Assembly: GCA_010093995.1 (NCBI GenBank)
Contig: ML992501.1
Span: forward strand, 2,809,194 to 2,873,193
Direction of reading: 5' to 3'
DNA length: 64,000 nucleotides
DNA from: Elsinoe ampelina
Taxonomy: Eukaryota
Shown here piece after piece: positions 1-11,500 of the stretch. The notes under the pieces were generated by a model. That model did not search any database. It saw only the letters and a program-made list of their open reading frames with translations, and was not told the origin of the DNA. The translations under genes and the position numbers were made by a program. How positions within the stretch are numbered: the stretch's first letter is position 1; each line of letters begins with the position of its first letter.

Positions 1-2530
1 GAGTAAGTTCTACCTAATAGAGGTAAAGTATCTTAGTATTATTATTAGCTAAGATAGAGTTAAAATAGATCTAAAGAAGATAGAAGCTATATAAGCCTAG
101 AAATAGCTAGCTCCTAGTAACACTACTTAGTTAAGAAGCTTTATTAGTTTCTATAGCTACTATTGCTACTTTATTAAGGGATTTAGTACTATCGCTAAGC
201 TACTAAATAATCTCCTTAAGAAGGACGCTATACTATAGAATAATAAGTATACTACCGTATTTAACTATATTAAGTACACTATTATAAGTGCGCCTATCCT
301 TATATACTTTAATTGCTTAAAGTAGATAGTCCTTAAGACTAACGCCTCCGACACTACTACTACTAGAATCCTATTATAATATAACAAGTCTAATGTTCTC
401 TAGCCTATTATCTTTTTTAGTAAATCTATAAATAAAGCCGAACGTAACTATACTATCTACGATAAGAAACTACTAGCTATTATCTAAGCCTTTAAGGAGT
501 AGGCCTCTAAGCTTATAAGTACTTAATCTAATAAGGCTATCTACGTTCTTACTAACTACTAATCCTTAATGCACTTTATAAAGACTTAGAAGCTATTACG
601 CTACTAAGCGCGCTAGGCTCTCTACCTTATATAGTTTAACTTTAAGATTATATATAGGCCTAGCGCCGCTAATAGTAAGGCTAATACACTTATAAGGAGA
701 AATAGAGATATACTATATTCGAAAGAAGACTCTAATCTACGCTAGACGCTACTACTATATAAGGTGCTAGATTAGCGTATTATTAACGAACTAAATCTAG
801 GTTATATCCGAACTAGATTACTAATCTAAGCCGAACTAAGATCTAGTTTAGTATCTAGTTTATAAACTAGTTTATCGTCTAGTTTGTTACCTATTTCACC
901 TCCTATTTCGCTACCTGTATTAGCGCCTATTTCGGCTACTAAACTAGCTATCTACGTGGCACCTATCTTAGCTATAGAAGAGCCTTTACCCCTTTTCGAC
1001 GAAGTAGCTAAAGCTAACCTATAAGACCTTAATTTCGAGACAGTTTATAGTATCTACTATATAATAGAAGCCTTCCTAAAGAGGAAATAGCTACTATTAA
1101 CTAATGTTACGATTAAAAAGGGGATACTATAGGCCGATAGCTAACTAATTATGCCTTTCTCTATAGCTACGAAGGTTATCTAAGGAGTTTATACATCGAA
1201 GAATTATATACACGTAGGAGCTACTAAGATAGCTACTATAATAAAGTCTACTTTCTATATCCCTAGATATAATAGTAACGTTAAGAGGTTCGTTACTAAC
1301 TGTTATAACTATAAGTATTTAAAGGCTCGTTATAGTTTACTAGCTAGCCTCTTATTACTATTGCCTATTCCGGAAAAGCCTTAGTAATATATTACTATAG
1401 ACTTTGTTACTAGCCTACCCTTAGTAGATAGCTATAACGTAGTACTATATGTTATTAATTACTTATCTAAGGAATAACACTTAATCTCTTACTTCTCTAG
1501 AGAAGAAGGCACCTTAGTATTTAAAACTACTAAGTTGTTATTCTTCTACGTTTAGAGACTATATAGCCTACTAGATAGTATTACCTCTAACTATAGCCCT
1601 TAGTTCGTTAGCGACGTATAGAAAAGACTCTACTAAATCCTAAAGATTACTACTAAGCTATCTACTATAGGGCACCTATAAATAGACAGCTAATTAGAGG
1701 TTATAAATTGTAAGTTTAAGTAGGTTATTCGTTTATATACTACATATTTTAGTAATTAGACCCTTGTTCTACTAGTAGTAGAGTTCTCTACTAATACTAG
1801 CCTATTAGAAAGTATAAAGCTATTACTATTCGAGGTTACTAGAGAATACAAGCCTAGGCTAAGCTTCTAGCCCCCTTTTAACGCACTATTAATAAGAGCT
1901 AAGCTAAATAAGGCCGACATTCGCGCCCTTACTAAGCAACTAGAAGAAGCGCTAGCTATTGCTAAGGCTAACCTCGCCGTTGCCTAATTACGAATAGTAG
2001 AGCAAGCTAATAGATACTACTAGCCGATAGAGTTTAAGGTAGGCAATTTAGTTTAGCTATTAACAAAGAACCTCTAGTTACTAGGCAATCTAAAGCTACT
2101 ACCGAAGCATGTTAGTCCTTATAAGATCCTCGAAAAACAGTTGCTATTAGTATATAAGCTCGATCTACTAGCTGCTTTATAAAGGATTTACTCTATGTTC
2201 TATACTAACCTCCTTACTAAGCACCTAAATAACTCTCTACTAGGCTAAGCCTTTAAGAAACTACCTCTAGTAGAGGTCGATAGTAAGGAAAAGTATAAGG
2301 TAAATAATGTAATTAATATATATATACTATAAGGGAAGCTAGTTACTTATATAAGCTAGAAGAGCTATCTAGAGAATCTTACCTAGTAGCTAATTAACAA
2401 CCTTAAAGGAGTAGCTAACGTGCTACGTAACTATCTAGACTCTTACATAGATAAGCTAAGGCCGAAATAGATTAATAAATAATATATAATAGCGTTTAAG
2501 AATAAACGCGCTTAAGAGAGAGAGTAGTAA
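1..2530 (+). mobile_element. RIP-inactivated Ty3/gypsy (chromovirus) LTR retrotransposon, 3' part of pol; truncated at window start
   Basis: Very AT-rich, with many TpA dinucleotides and in-frame TAA/TAG stops. Frame from base 2 reads SKFYLIEVKYLSIIIS*DRVKIDLKKIEAI (RT C-terminus). RNase H-like motifs follow (TNASD ~337-351, AERNYTIYDKKLLAII ~436-485). Integrase motifs: PIPEKP**YITIDFVTSLP ~1364-1420 and LLDSITSNYSP*FVS ~1570-1612. A chromodomain-like segment lies at ~2290-2480 and a purine-rich PPT (AAGAGAGAGAG) at ~2514-2524. Confidence 0.92.
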
Positions 2531-2717
2531 TATAAGATAGATACGAACTAGATTTAGTTAGGATCTAGTTTAGATTAGTTACGTAATCTTAGTATTATAG
2601 CCTAGGCTTCCGGCTACTCTACCCTCGATATTATGTATACTTTATACACTAGTTTTCTTCTTCTTCTTTTAAGTCTTAATATCTTAACGAATAGACATAA
2701 TTAACCTCTTATCTTAC
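2531..2717 (+). repeat. Probable 3' LTR of the gypsy element (RIP-mutated; right boundary uncertain)
   Basis: Starts a few bases after the PPT with TATAAGAT (RIP form of TGTAAGAT). ATCTTAC at 2711-2717 is the matching inverted terminus. There is no second LTR in the window to confirm this. Confidence 0.45.
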
Positions 2718-3385
2718 TAGTTGTAATCAGAAGTACGCTCTACCTTTTAGTATAAGTCTTTAGCTAACTATTCTTATATTTAACACCTTTTAGTAACTAG
2801 CTATAACGCCTCTAGTAAGAGTGCTTATTATAGCTAGATTTATCTAAGTAAATAATTATATTAGCTAGCTAGCTCTTATACCTCTCTAACTATACCGTAT
2901 ATAAAACCTTGTCTCTTTCTATAGCCTTTTTCTAAGTAACTTTTTAAGACTACTTCTATTACTTAATAGCCTTCTAAATAGTAGTTAATTCGATTCTCTC
3001 GCTATACTCTTTAAATAGCTAATCTTATAGCTTATTAAGATAAGTAGTTAGTATATTAGTAAGGTAGGTAAAGAGCTAAGCCTTAAAAAAGGAAGTAAAC
3101 TACTAAGTATACTAAATGTGTACTAAAATAGAAGAATAGAGCTCTCTAAAGAACTTAAGAAATAGTTAGATATTATAGATAGTTAAGCAAGCGATATATA
3201 GCTTATAGTAGACTACGTAGTTACTATAGCTATTAGTAAGAAGAATAATAAGATTAGCTAGCTTAGCCTTATTAAGACAGTAAGTAACTATAGTAACATG
3301 TAGAAGTAAAGAGATAACTATTATACCTTTTTTAAGCTTTAAAAACTGACTAGATTTAGCTATTTAAACAACTATATAGCAAATA
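2718..3385. repeat. Further RIP-mutated AT-rich sequence of unidentified origin
   Basis: Same TpA-rich, CpA/TpG-poor composition as the element, with an abrupt switch to normal GC content at ~3386. Confidence 0.7.
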
Positions 3386-3898
3386 ATCGATCTCGACCTC
3401 TGGCCAGCCAATTTTGGTGACGTAAGGTCGTTTAGCGTTCCGCTAAGGCTGGGGTGGCCGGCTTGAATCCGAAACAGCTGTAAGCTTCTATCAAGAAATT
3501 AGAGTTGTCCCAAAAAATTGCTTTTTGGGAGGCTGTGAAAATTCTGTCACGTGATGCGGAGGCGATTGGCGAGGGCTTTCCTTCGTCTTTTCTATCAACA
3601 TCATCAAATATTTTGCATAATTTGATCAGATCTGACATTGTCGATGCAGAATCATATCGCTAAATGTACGGTATCGATAATTGGGCTGGCCGAGAGGCTG
3701 TATGCGACTGGGCGTGCGTCGCTTCTTTTTTTTTTGGTTCTCTTTTGCCATGAATTGCTTCGTCCGCAGCATCAAGGTTGGTATGTGTTCAGACTTTCCA
3801 AAACGAAAACCATGCTGGCTGGAATTCATCTTCTTTCTTTTGTGTTGATCTACTTTGTTCAGCGTTTTCCTATATATGACTGCCCTCCTACCCTTACC

Positions 3899-4155
3899 CT
3901 GGTAGTTTCTCACCACAACATCCTACCAGAACTTCTTACCACCTTAGGAAGATTCTAAGAATATACCACAACCTGGTAGTAATTACCATCAACATCCTGC
4001 CAGAAAGCCATACTACTGTAAGACATCCTGCTCTTGTATGCCATCCTCTGGTAGTACCACAAGCTGACATCCTACCAGTGTACCAACCACTTTCAGGATA
4101 TATCCTACCCCTGAACAACAACCTGGTAGTACCAACGGCCAACATCCTACCAGAA
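3899..4155. repeat. Array of four palindromic units CTGGTAGT-N10-RACATCCTRCCAG at 74-75 bp period
   Basis: Units start at 3899, 3973, 4048 and 4123. CTGGTAG and CTACCAG are reverse complements enclosing a 17-nt loop. Confidence 0.9.
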
Positions 4156-4158
4156 AAC

Positions 4159-5262
4159 ATGCCCATGTTCCCCATCACCAGCTCTGGCTCGCCAGACCCA
4201 GAAGCCACCGGCATCAGATCCTGGGGCATCGTGGGCATCCTCTGGGACACGACCCTCAAAGTCTGCTCCAACCGCGACTCCACCTACCACCACTTCAAAG
4301 TCAACTGGCACCAACTCACCCGCAGCTCTGCCAAACTACGCCTACTCTCCCTGGACCAATTCTGCAGTAAGCGTCGCCACCAAAAGTTCACCATCAGCGA
4401 CGAATCCTTCGACATCGAAGCCTTCGGCACAATCATGTACATCCTCCACGACCACGCCCCCACCACAACCCTCACCCGCACCGACGACCTCCTCGCCCGC
4501 ATCGCCGAAACCTCCCTCCACCTCGGCACCAACCGCGCCCTCACCCCCTGGATGTCCGAGCAACTCGACCGCCACACCCGCCTCATCACCGACGACACCG
4601 TCGTCCCCGGCGTATCCTCCCACGACGCCATCAGCCTCCTCGCCACCTACCTCGGCATAGCATACATCATGCGTCTCCCCGTACTGATCCGCCGCCTCAC
4701 CTCCCTCCTCATCCGCACCGCCCCCACGCAAAGCTTCACCTCCATCACGCAAGCGTGTCCCGAGGCCATCCGTCCACCCCCGGAGTTGTGCCACGACATG
4801 GAAGCCGCGCGGGACGCGGCGCGGAGCGTGGCCGACGGCGTGCTGGCGTGGGTCGAGCACCCCAGGTGTCACAACGTGTGGTTCCACCGCGAGATGTACC
4901 AGGCGAGGGAGGTGTTGCGGGTCCAGGAGGAAACGGTGCAGGGGAAGATGGAGGCGGTTGGATTTTTGGACAAGTTGGCCAGGGCGGCTGCGTTGATTGG
5001 TGGGAGGGGAGGGAGTCCGTATTGTTCGGACTGTGGGGATTTGGCGGTGCCGAGGGCGTGTAAGGATGTGTTGGACAGGAATATCCTGGGTGGTGTGGAG
5101 GGGTTGACGAGGGGGGTTTGCATGCATTGTTTTATCAGGGATGAGCAGGAGGGGTGGTTGTGTGATGGGGGCTGTGTGGATTTGCAGCTTGGGGAGGCGG
5201 AGGGTGAGGGTGAGGAGGTGGGTGACCTTGAGACTGGTTGGACTCGGGAGAGGTTGGAGTAG
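4159..5262 (+). CDS. Hypothetical protein with fungal BTB/POZ-like N-terminal region and Cys-rich C-terminus
   Basis: Long ORF, first in-frame ATG at 4159. The pattern FKVNWHQLTRSS...DESFDIEAFGTIMYILH...LARIA...ALTPW resembles fungal BTB-like proteins. CxxC pairs occur near the C-terminus. Confidence 0.6.
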   Translation: MPMFPITSSGSPDPEATGIRSWGIVGILWDTTLKVCSNRDSTYHHFKVNWHQLTRSSAKLRLLSLDQFCSKRRHQKFTISDESFDIEAFGTIMYILHDHAPTTTLTRTDDLLARIAETSLHLGTNRALTPWMSEQLDRHTRLITDDTVVPGVSSHDAISLLATYLGIAYIMRLPVLIRRLTSLLIRTAPTQSFTSITQACPEAIRPPPELCHDMEAARDAARSVADGVLAWVEHPRCHNVWFHREMYQAREVLRVQEETVQGKMEAVGFLDKLARAAALIGGRGGSPYCSDCGDLAVPRACKDVLDRNILGGVEGLTRGVCMHCFIRDEQEGWLCDGGCVDLQLGEAEGEGEEVGDLETGWTRERLE

Positions 5263-5362
5263 AATGGTGGTTGGTGGTGTTGAGGTGGGAAGAGGGGGGC
5301 AGAATGATTTACGAGACACGATTCACGACAAGATACCCAGCCAGATACGGCGACATCTGGCA

Positions 5363-5418
5363 CAGATTGGCATACGCAGACTGGCATACACAGACTGGCA
5401 TACACAGATTGGCATACA
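5363..5418. repeat. 14-bp tandem repeat x4 (CAGAYTGGCATACR) between convergent gene ends
   Basis: cagattggcatacg cagactggcataca cagactggcataca cagattggcataca, read directly. Confidence 0.9.
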
Positions 5419-5560
5419 GCAACGGAGAATAAGACCACATTAGTGGCATGTAATGGTAGATTGTAGATTGCGATTGATTTCAAACAGACACGACACTCCT
5501 TTCAATACAAAAGTCCCATAAAACCCCAAACTCCTTCCAATGCATTCTTTGTATCCTCCT

Positions 5561-8500
5561 CTATCCCGTCTCGGCAATCTCAGCAAACCACTGCCTCAAC
5601 GCACTCGCCAACACCCCCGGCAACTCCGCCACCTCCCTCACAATGAGATAATACCTAAACGGAAACGTCTCGATATACCTCGCAATCTCCACCTGCGTGG
5701 CCCCCTCCGCATCCTTCCAAAACCGCGGCCTCTTCAAATCAACAATACTCTGCCTCCCCTTCGTCCCCGCCTCCGCGTCCACAATCACAAACACAACCAT
5801 CACCCCCTCCTCCCTCAACCTCCTCTCCATCCGCCTCACCCCTTCCTCATCATCAAACACCCCATCCCCAACGACCAACATAAGCTGCCAAGTCTGCGCC
5901 CCGCTCCTCCCTCCCCTCCCTCTTCCCTCCCCAAACATCTCCCCCGCCCTACCAAGCAAAGCCTTCACATCCGTCCCCGCCTGCCCGAATCTCAACTCCC
6001 TCACCACCTCCGCGCCCTTATCAACCGTCAAACTCTCCCCGAAGCGCACGGGCACCTTGACCTCCTTCCCGAACCCGACAACGCTCAACTCCCCCGCCTC
6101 CAACACCCCCAACGCCCGCCCCACCATCGCCACCGTGTCGAGCGCCATCTCCCCCGCGCCGCTCTCGGCCATACTCCCGCTGTCGTCGAGCGCGATGACG
6201 ATCTGGTACTCCCTCTTGCTCGGCACGGAGCGACGCAACCAGATCTTGTCGCGCTTGTAGTTGGATGCGATGTACGGGATTATGCGCTTGATGTTGAGGC
6301 GTTTGCCCGTGCGGAAGTCGCCGCGGAGTTTGCTGGTCGAGGTCGGGTGGAGGATCAGGCGGAGTTGTTCTTGGAGGTGGAGCGAGTGGGGGAGGGTGCG
6401 GGATAGGTGGGTTTGCCAGGTTGAGAGGGCGGTGGGGTGGTCGATTGGGGAGGGAAGGTCGGTGCTGGGGAGGTGGGATGAGGTGGGGAGGTCGTCTTCG
6501 TTGGGTGATGTTTCGGAGGTGGGGTCGGAGGGTGTGGCGGACGTCTCGCGGGTGCGGGATTCTAGAGGTGGTTCGCGGTACTCGCCGACAAAGGCTTTGC
6601 GTTCGTCCTTTGCAGGTGACGTGTCGGCTTGGTCCTGCTGTTCGAGGTCGGCATCGCGCATCTCGATGTCTTGATCGCCGGCGTGATCCTGCTCTCGATC
6701 ATCCTTGTTGAACTGATCGGTGCGTTCCTGATCATTGACAGCGGTACCAGCCTCCTCGTCGATGGCAGTAGCCTCGTCTTCTCGAGCAGCACCGAGAGCT
6801 TGGGTGTCGCCTTCATCCTCCTCATCAGAAAGATGTTCAAAGTCAACATCCTCCATCTCTGCATCCTCGGCCTTCTTTCTCTCGGCGTCCTTCTCCCGTC
6901 GCTGGGCATCTTGAATCTGCCGTTGACGTTGCTTGTACCATTTCTCCATGGCATCACCAAGCTTCTTGAACGACTCTTCGGCGGCTGTCATTGGCTGTTC
7001 TTGGTCGTCTTCCCCTCCAGCTTCTTGCTGCTCAGCTTCGTTTCGCTCGCCTTGTGCGCCAGAAGTCTCCTGCAGTTCCGAGTCCTCACCTTGAGCGCCT
7101 TTAGGCCGCTGAGCTGCACCGGTCTGCGGCTGCTTGTCTTCTTCATCCTGCGGCTGCTCTTCGTCCAATCCGGTACCTTGCGCGTCGCTCGGAGCGACTT
7201 GATCCGCAGCAGTCGAGTCATCCGGTCGGTTGTCTTGCAGGACGTTTTCTTGCTCCGCAGGCTCCTCAGCTTCCTCAGCAGTCTCGCCTGCTTCGTTGGT
7301 CTCTTGATCCATCTCTTCATCTTTGAGCTCTTGATTCTCAGATTGCTGTGGCACTTCATCTTCCGCTCCTTCATCCGTTTCCTGCTGCTGATCTTCGAGA
7401 CCACCTTGCTCCTCCGTCTCCTGTCCATCCTCGTCCATCATGTCCAAATCATCATCGACATCATCCATCTTCTCCTGACCGTCCATATCGATGTCATCAG
7501 GTAGATCCAGATTTTCCTCCTGCTGCATCGTCGGATCCGCCCTCTCAGCCTCCTTACTCTCACCTGTCTCGTTCTCTCCCTCCTCAGCACCAACTTGCTC
7601 TTCCTCCTCACCCTCCTCACCTCCTTCACCACCGTCTGCCTTCTCATCCCTCTCTTTCTTCTGCTCCCCGGCAGCAGCGACATCCTCACTCTTCGTTCCC
7701 TCCGCTTTCTCCGCTTCCTGCTCTTTCTGATCATCTTCCTTCCCACCGTCGTCCCACATCTTCTCATCCACAGTGCCCTCACCAAGATCATCCACCGACC
7801 CAGCCTCGCTCTCAACCTCTCTATCTTCGCCCTCGTCTCCTTCGCCTTCTTCATCATCAACCTTCTCTTGCTCCTCGCCATACTCCCCTTCCAAGTCCTG
7901 ATCAGCCATGTCCACAGCATCCTTCTCATCCTCAACGTCACCATCTTGGCGCTCCTCGTTCTTCTCTTGCGCAAGCTCGGTGAGGTCTTCGTCGTCGCCG
8001 ATATCTTTGCTGATATCTTCTGCCCCTTCGCCGTCGCCGAGGCCAGTGCCGGCCTCAACACCGTTGTCTTTGTCTGTGGACGGGTCGGTATCTTTCTCCT
8101 TGGGCGAGCAGAAGCCGTCGCGGGCGAGAGTGACGTACAGCTTGGCGAGAGCAGCGGCTAGAGAAGTCGTGGAGGTGTGAAGCCCAAGCAGACGGGTCGT
8201 GAGGTCGGCGTGGACTTTTTGGTACTGCATGAAGATTGGGGTGAGGGAGATAAGGAAGTGAGTCGCACCGGGTAAATCTGCGCTGGAGACTCGATGTAGA
8301 GAGTCGAGGACAGACTTCACCGCGGCGGTCATCTCGGGCATGCGGAGACGATCAATTGTGTCGTTGAGAATCCGAGCTTCGTGAACGAGCCATGCAGGGC
8401 TTTCGAGTGACGAAGGCAGACCGGCAAGCGATTTTGGTACAGTCTCAATCGTAGCAAGCATATGGTCAATTGCCCCGCAGACGTTCTGTTGGAGGTCCTC

Positions 8501-11500
8501 GATCGAGATTGCTGACTCGCGATTGGGGGTTGTGGTCCAGTCGTCGTATGTAACCCATTGAAGTACCTGAGATAGCAGCGGTCCAAGCGAGGGGCTATCA
8601 TCTACCATCTGCCCCAACCTTTGTCGGACTTCGTCGACCTGAAGCTGCAGCTTGGCATGCAGAGCTTGCGTCTCAGCACAAGTGAGGCCATCGGGCAGGT
8701 AGGGAAGCTTCTGCCAATCACCTAGACTGCGTCTCAATTCTTGAGCTAGTCTGCCGAGTTCCTGACTCTGTTCCGTGCCATCTTCTTCAGCAAGACGGAA
8801 GTGAGCAGCAGTCAGCTCTTGAGCCGATTCTAGTACCGTCGCAAGAGCATTGATGGTATCTGCTACCACATTCCGGGAGACAACCTGGGAAGGTCTCTCA
8901 ATGTCATTGGTTGTGGAAAGATTCTGCAGCCTCTGCAATACTGTTCCCAAAGAAGCGCCTTTGGTCATTTGTTGGGTGACATGTTCACGCTGTACCACGA
9001 TATTCTGCAGCATACTCTCTATCAGTGCCGTACTTCTGCCAACTTCCGCGCCGGTGAGATCGCTCGAGTGTTTCTGTCCAGATTCTCTGACCTGCGGCAG
9101 CCAGTGGAGAAGCTGATGCAAATTATGCTCCGCCTGGCTTGCTTGCCTGTCCGTATATCTTGAAGAAGATGTCAACACTGCCACCATGTTGCTTTGCTGA
9201 GCCAAGACATCAGTACTGAGATTCGACTTGAACCCCATTGTTCGCAAGCTCTTTAGCACATCAGCGAAGAGGCTTCTTTTGCGACTTTTCAGATGTTGTG
9301 CCGTCGCTTTGTGTTCTTCGGTCATGAGGCTGAGTGTTGCCTTGCGAAGTATTTCAGCAGTTGCCTGGGTATCCGCGAGCCAAGTTGTAACTTCATCGCC
9401 GCTATTCGGCTTGTCTTCAGGCACAGTAGCCAACTTCGTGATCAATTTGACTGTCGTCTGAACATTTCGGAACCGAGCCGGCAGTTGTTGCCACTCAGGG
9501 ACCACTTGTTCGAGGCGAGAAGGAGTCGGCCCTTTCTGGGTCTCTCGGGCGCCGACAGTCTCGAACACAGGGACGACCACCTGAGACCTCTCTATCAGCG
9601 AGTTGTATGATGGAATACCTGCCGCAATGATGGACTCCACTGGTTGACCTAGCAGCGCTCTGAACTTCCTAATGACCTTGAACAGCTTGGCGTGTGATTT
9701 CTTCGCACTCTGCTTCAAGGCTAGGATATTCGTATCTTTCCAGCTTGCAACCTGGATGACATTCTTCATGTCGGCGTCCAGAGTCTTCCGGCCTTTGGCA
9801 AGTGCTTCATGTATAGGCCGCTCGAAGCGTTTGAAGTAGACCAGGAAATTGTGAATAGAATTGCAAAGCAAGTCCTTGCTTGAATGCGGGAGGTAATTGG
9901 AACTCTCGACGAGTTTCTGCAAAGCTTCAACGATGCGAAGCCGTGCGCTGTATTGACCTAGTCCAGTCGATCGGAAGAATGTATTGAGTGTCTTGAGCAA
10001 TTCGAGAACATAGTCGTGCAGGCCTTCCGTGGTATCCCTGAACTGGAATGTCCCGGCGACGATGCTCTGGAAGGCAACGAAGAACCAAGCTTTCGCATCA
10101 TCTTCACATTTGCGAGTTTCCTGGTCGAGCATCCGAGACCAAGTGGACAGCTCCAGGCGCCTCCAAGATACAATGAGGTCTGTCACATTGTTGTAAACAG
10201 CTTCGGCGGAGAATTCTTTGCTTGCCACAGTCTGCCATTCGTGGATATGATCATGCAATTTTTCCAATTTGGTGATGACTTTCATCAAGGGCTCGGAGTG
10301 GGCGAAGTGGACGAGTTCCCGGCAGGTCTGCAGGACATCCGCGAGCGTTGCATGCTCCGACCATGCTTTCTGAATGGTTCGGAAGCGAGTCTCAACTTTG
10401 CTGACCAATGCTGCCATGATCTGTACTTGCTGGATATTCGGATCGGTATAGATGTTGTAGCTCTTGTCGTTATCATGCGCTACCCCTGTCAAAGCTGTGA
10501 AGTCTTTGTCCAATCGTCGGATAGCCAAAGGAAGAAGTGTGTCAGGTTTGATGATAGCGTTCGTGGTGTCTTTCTCTAGATATGTTGTCGAACAAAGCGT
10601 ATCAAGCAAGTTGATGAGAATTCCTTTGGCATCGGTATTGGCATCGAATAGGCTGGTGAGGTGGTCTGCAAACATGGATGATTGAGTCTGGTAGTTTGTC
10701 TTCTTGTCGCTGGAGTCCGTGGTCGGATTACTCTCGTAATCTGGGAACATCTCGGCGAACTCCTCCTCCGCTGCCTCGTCTTCCACACCATCGCCTCCAG
10801 TGTATCTATACAAGCTTGACTTTGTAGCATTCTCGGCTCGTTCTTTTTGGAGATTTTGTTCCCATTTCATCTGAACGTACGAAAGCAGCTCTGCGATGCA
10901 CTCGAAACCGTTTGCTTTGTCGAATGCAGCAGGACTGATCGCCTTGCTCACACTGAAGCTCTCTACGACTGCCAAAGCCGGGACACCGTGTCTAATCAAG
11001 CTGAGCCAGTTCTGTGGAAGCTCCTCAAGCAATTTTGGCGGACTGCCAGCGCCAGCGAGCGGTACCGCAGTTGCCAGATGTGCGAAGCTGTTTTCTTCCT
11101 TGCTTGCAGCAAGCGCAGCAGTACAAAGATCCAGTCCGATCTCTAAGCAGCTCAAGAAGCCCACCAGCGGAATTGTAAGATCTCGAAAGTCTGGGAAGTT
11201 GGACATCAGGCGCTGCTTCAACATTACTATGTTCCTGCGTAGTTGACTCTCCATTCCAATTGGCGGCAGTGCAGCCGAAGATTGTTCCCGGAGGAATGAA
11301 GTATACGGCAAGAACATCTCATGCACGGATCGGAACACGGAAAAGAGTGCTTCGAGGTTCGAGTTGGGAGATCGCCAGACTTCTGCTTCCTTTGGCTCAA
11401 AGGCTTCGAGATCTGCGAGTTTGACCTGGAGCCGATTGAGCCTCATGCTGCGCAGTGGGTGCCCGCTGCCATTTGCTTCTTCGAATTGCTTTAATGCACG

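Noticed and set aside
3420..3500. tRNA-like hairpins
   Set aside because: No convincing cloverleaf or GTTCRA T-loop on either strand.
3899..4155. Calling the palindromic array a CRISPR array
   Set aside because: Eukaryotic context, no cas genes, variable repeat centres, and linkers weakly similar to each other; kept as an unexplained repeat array.
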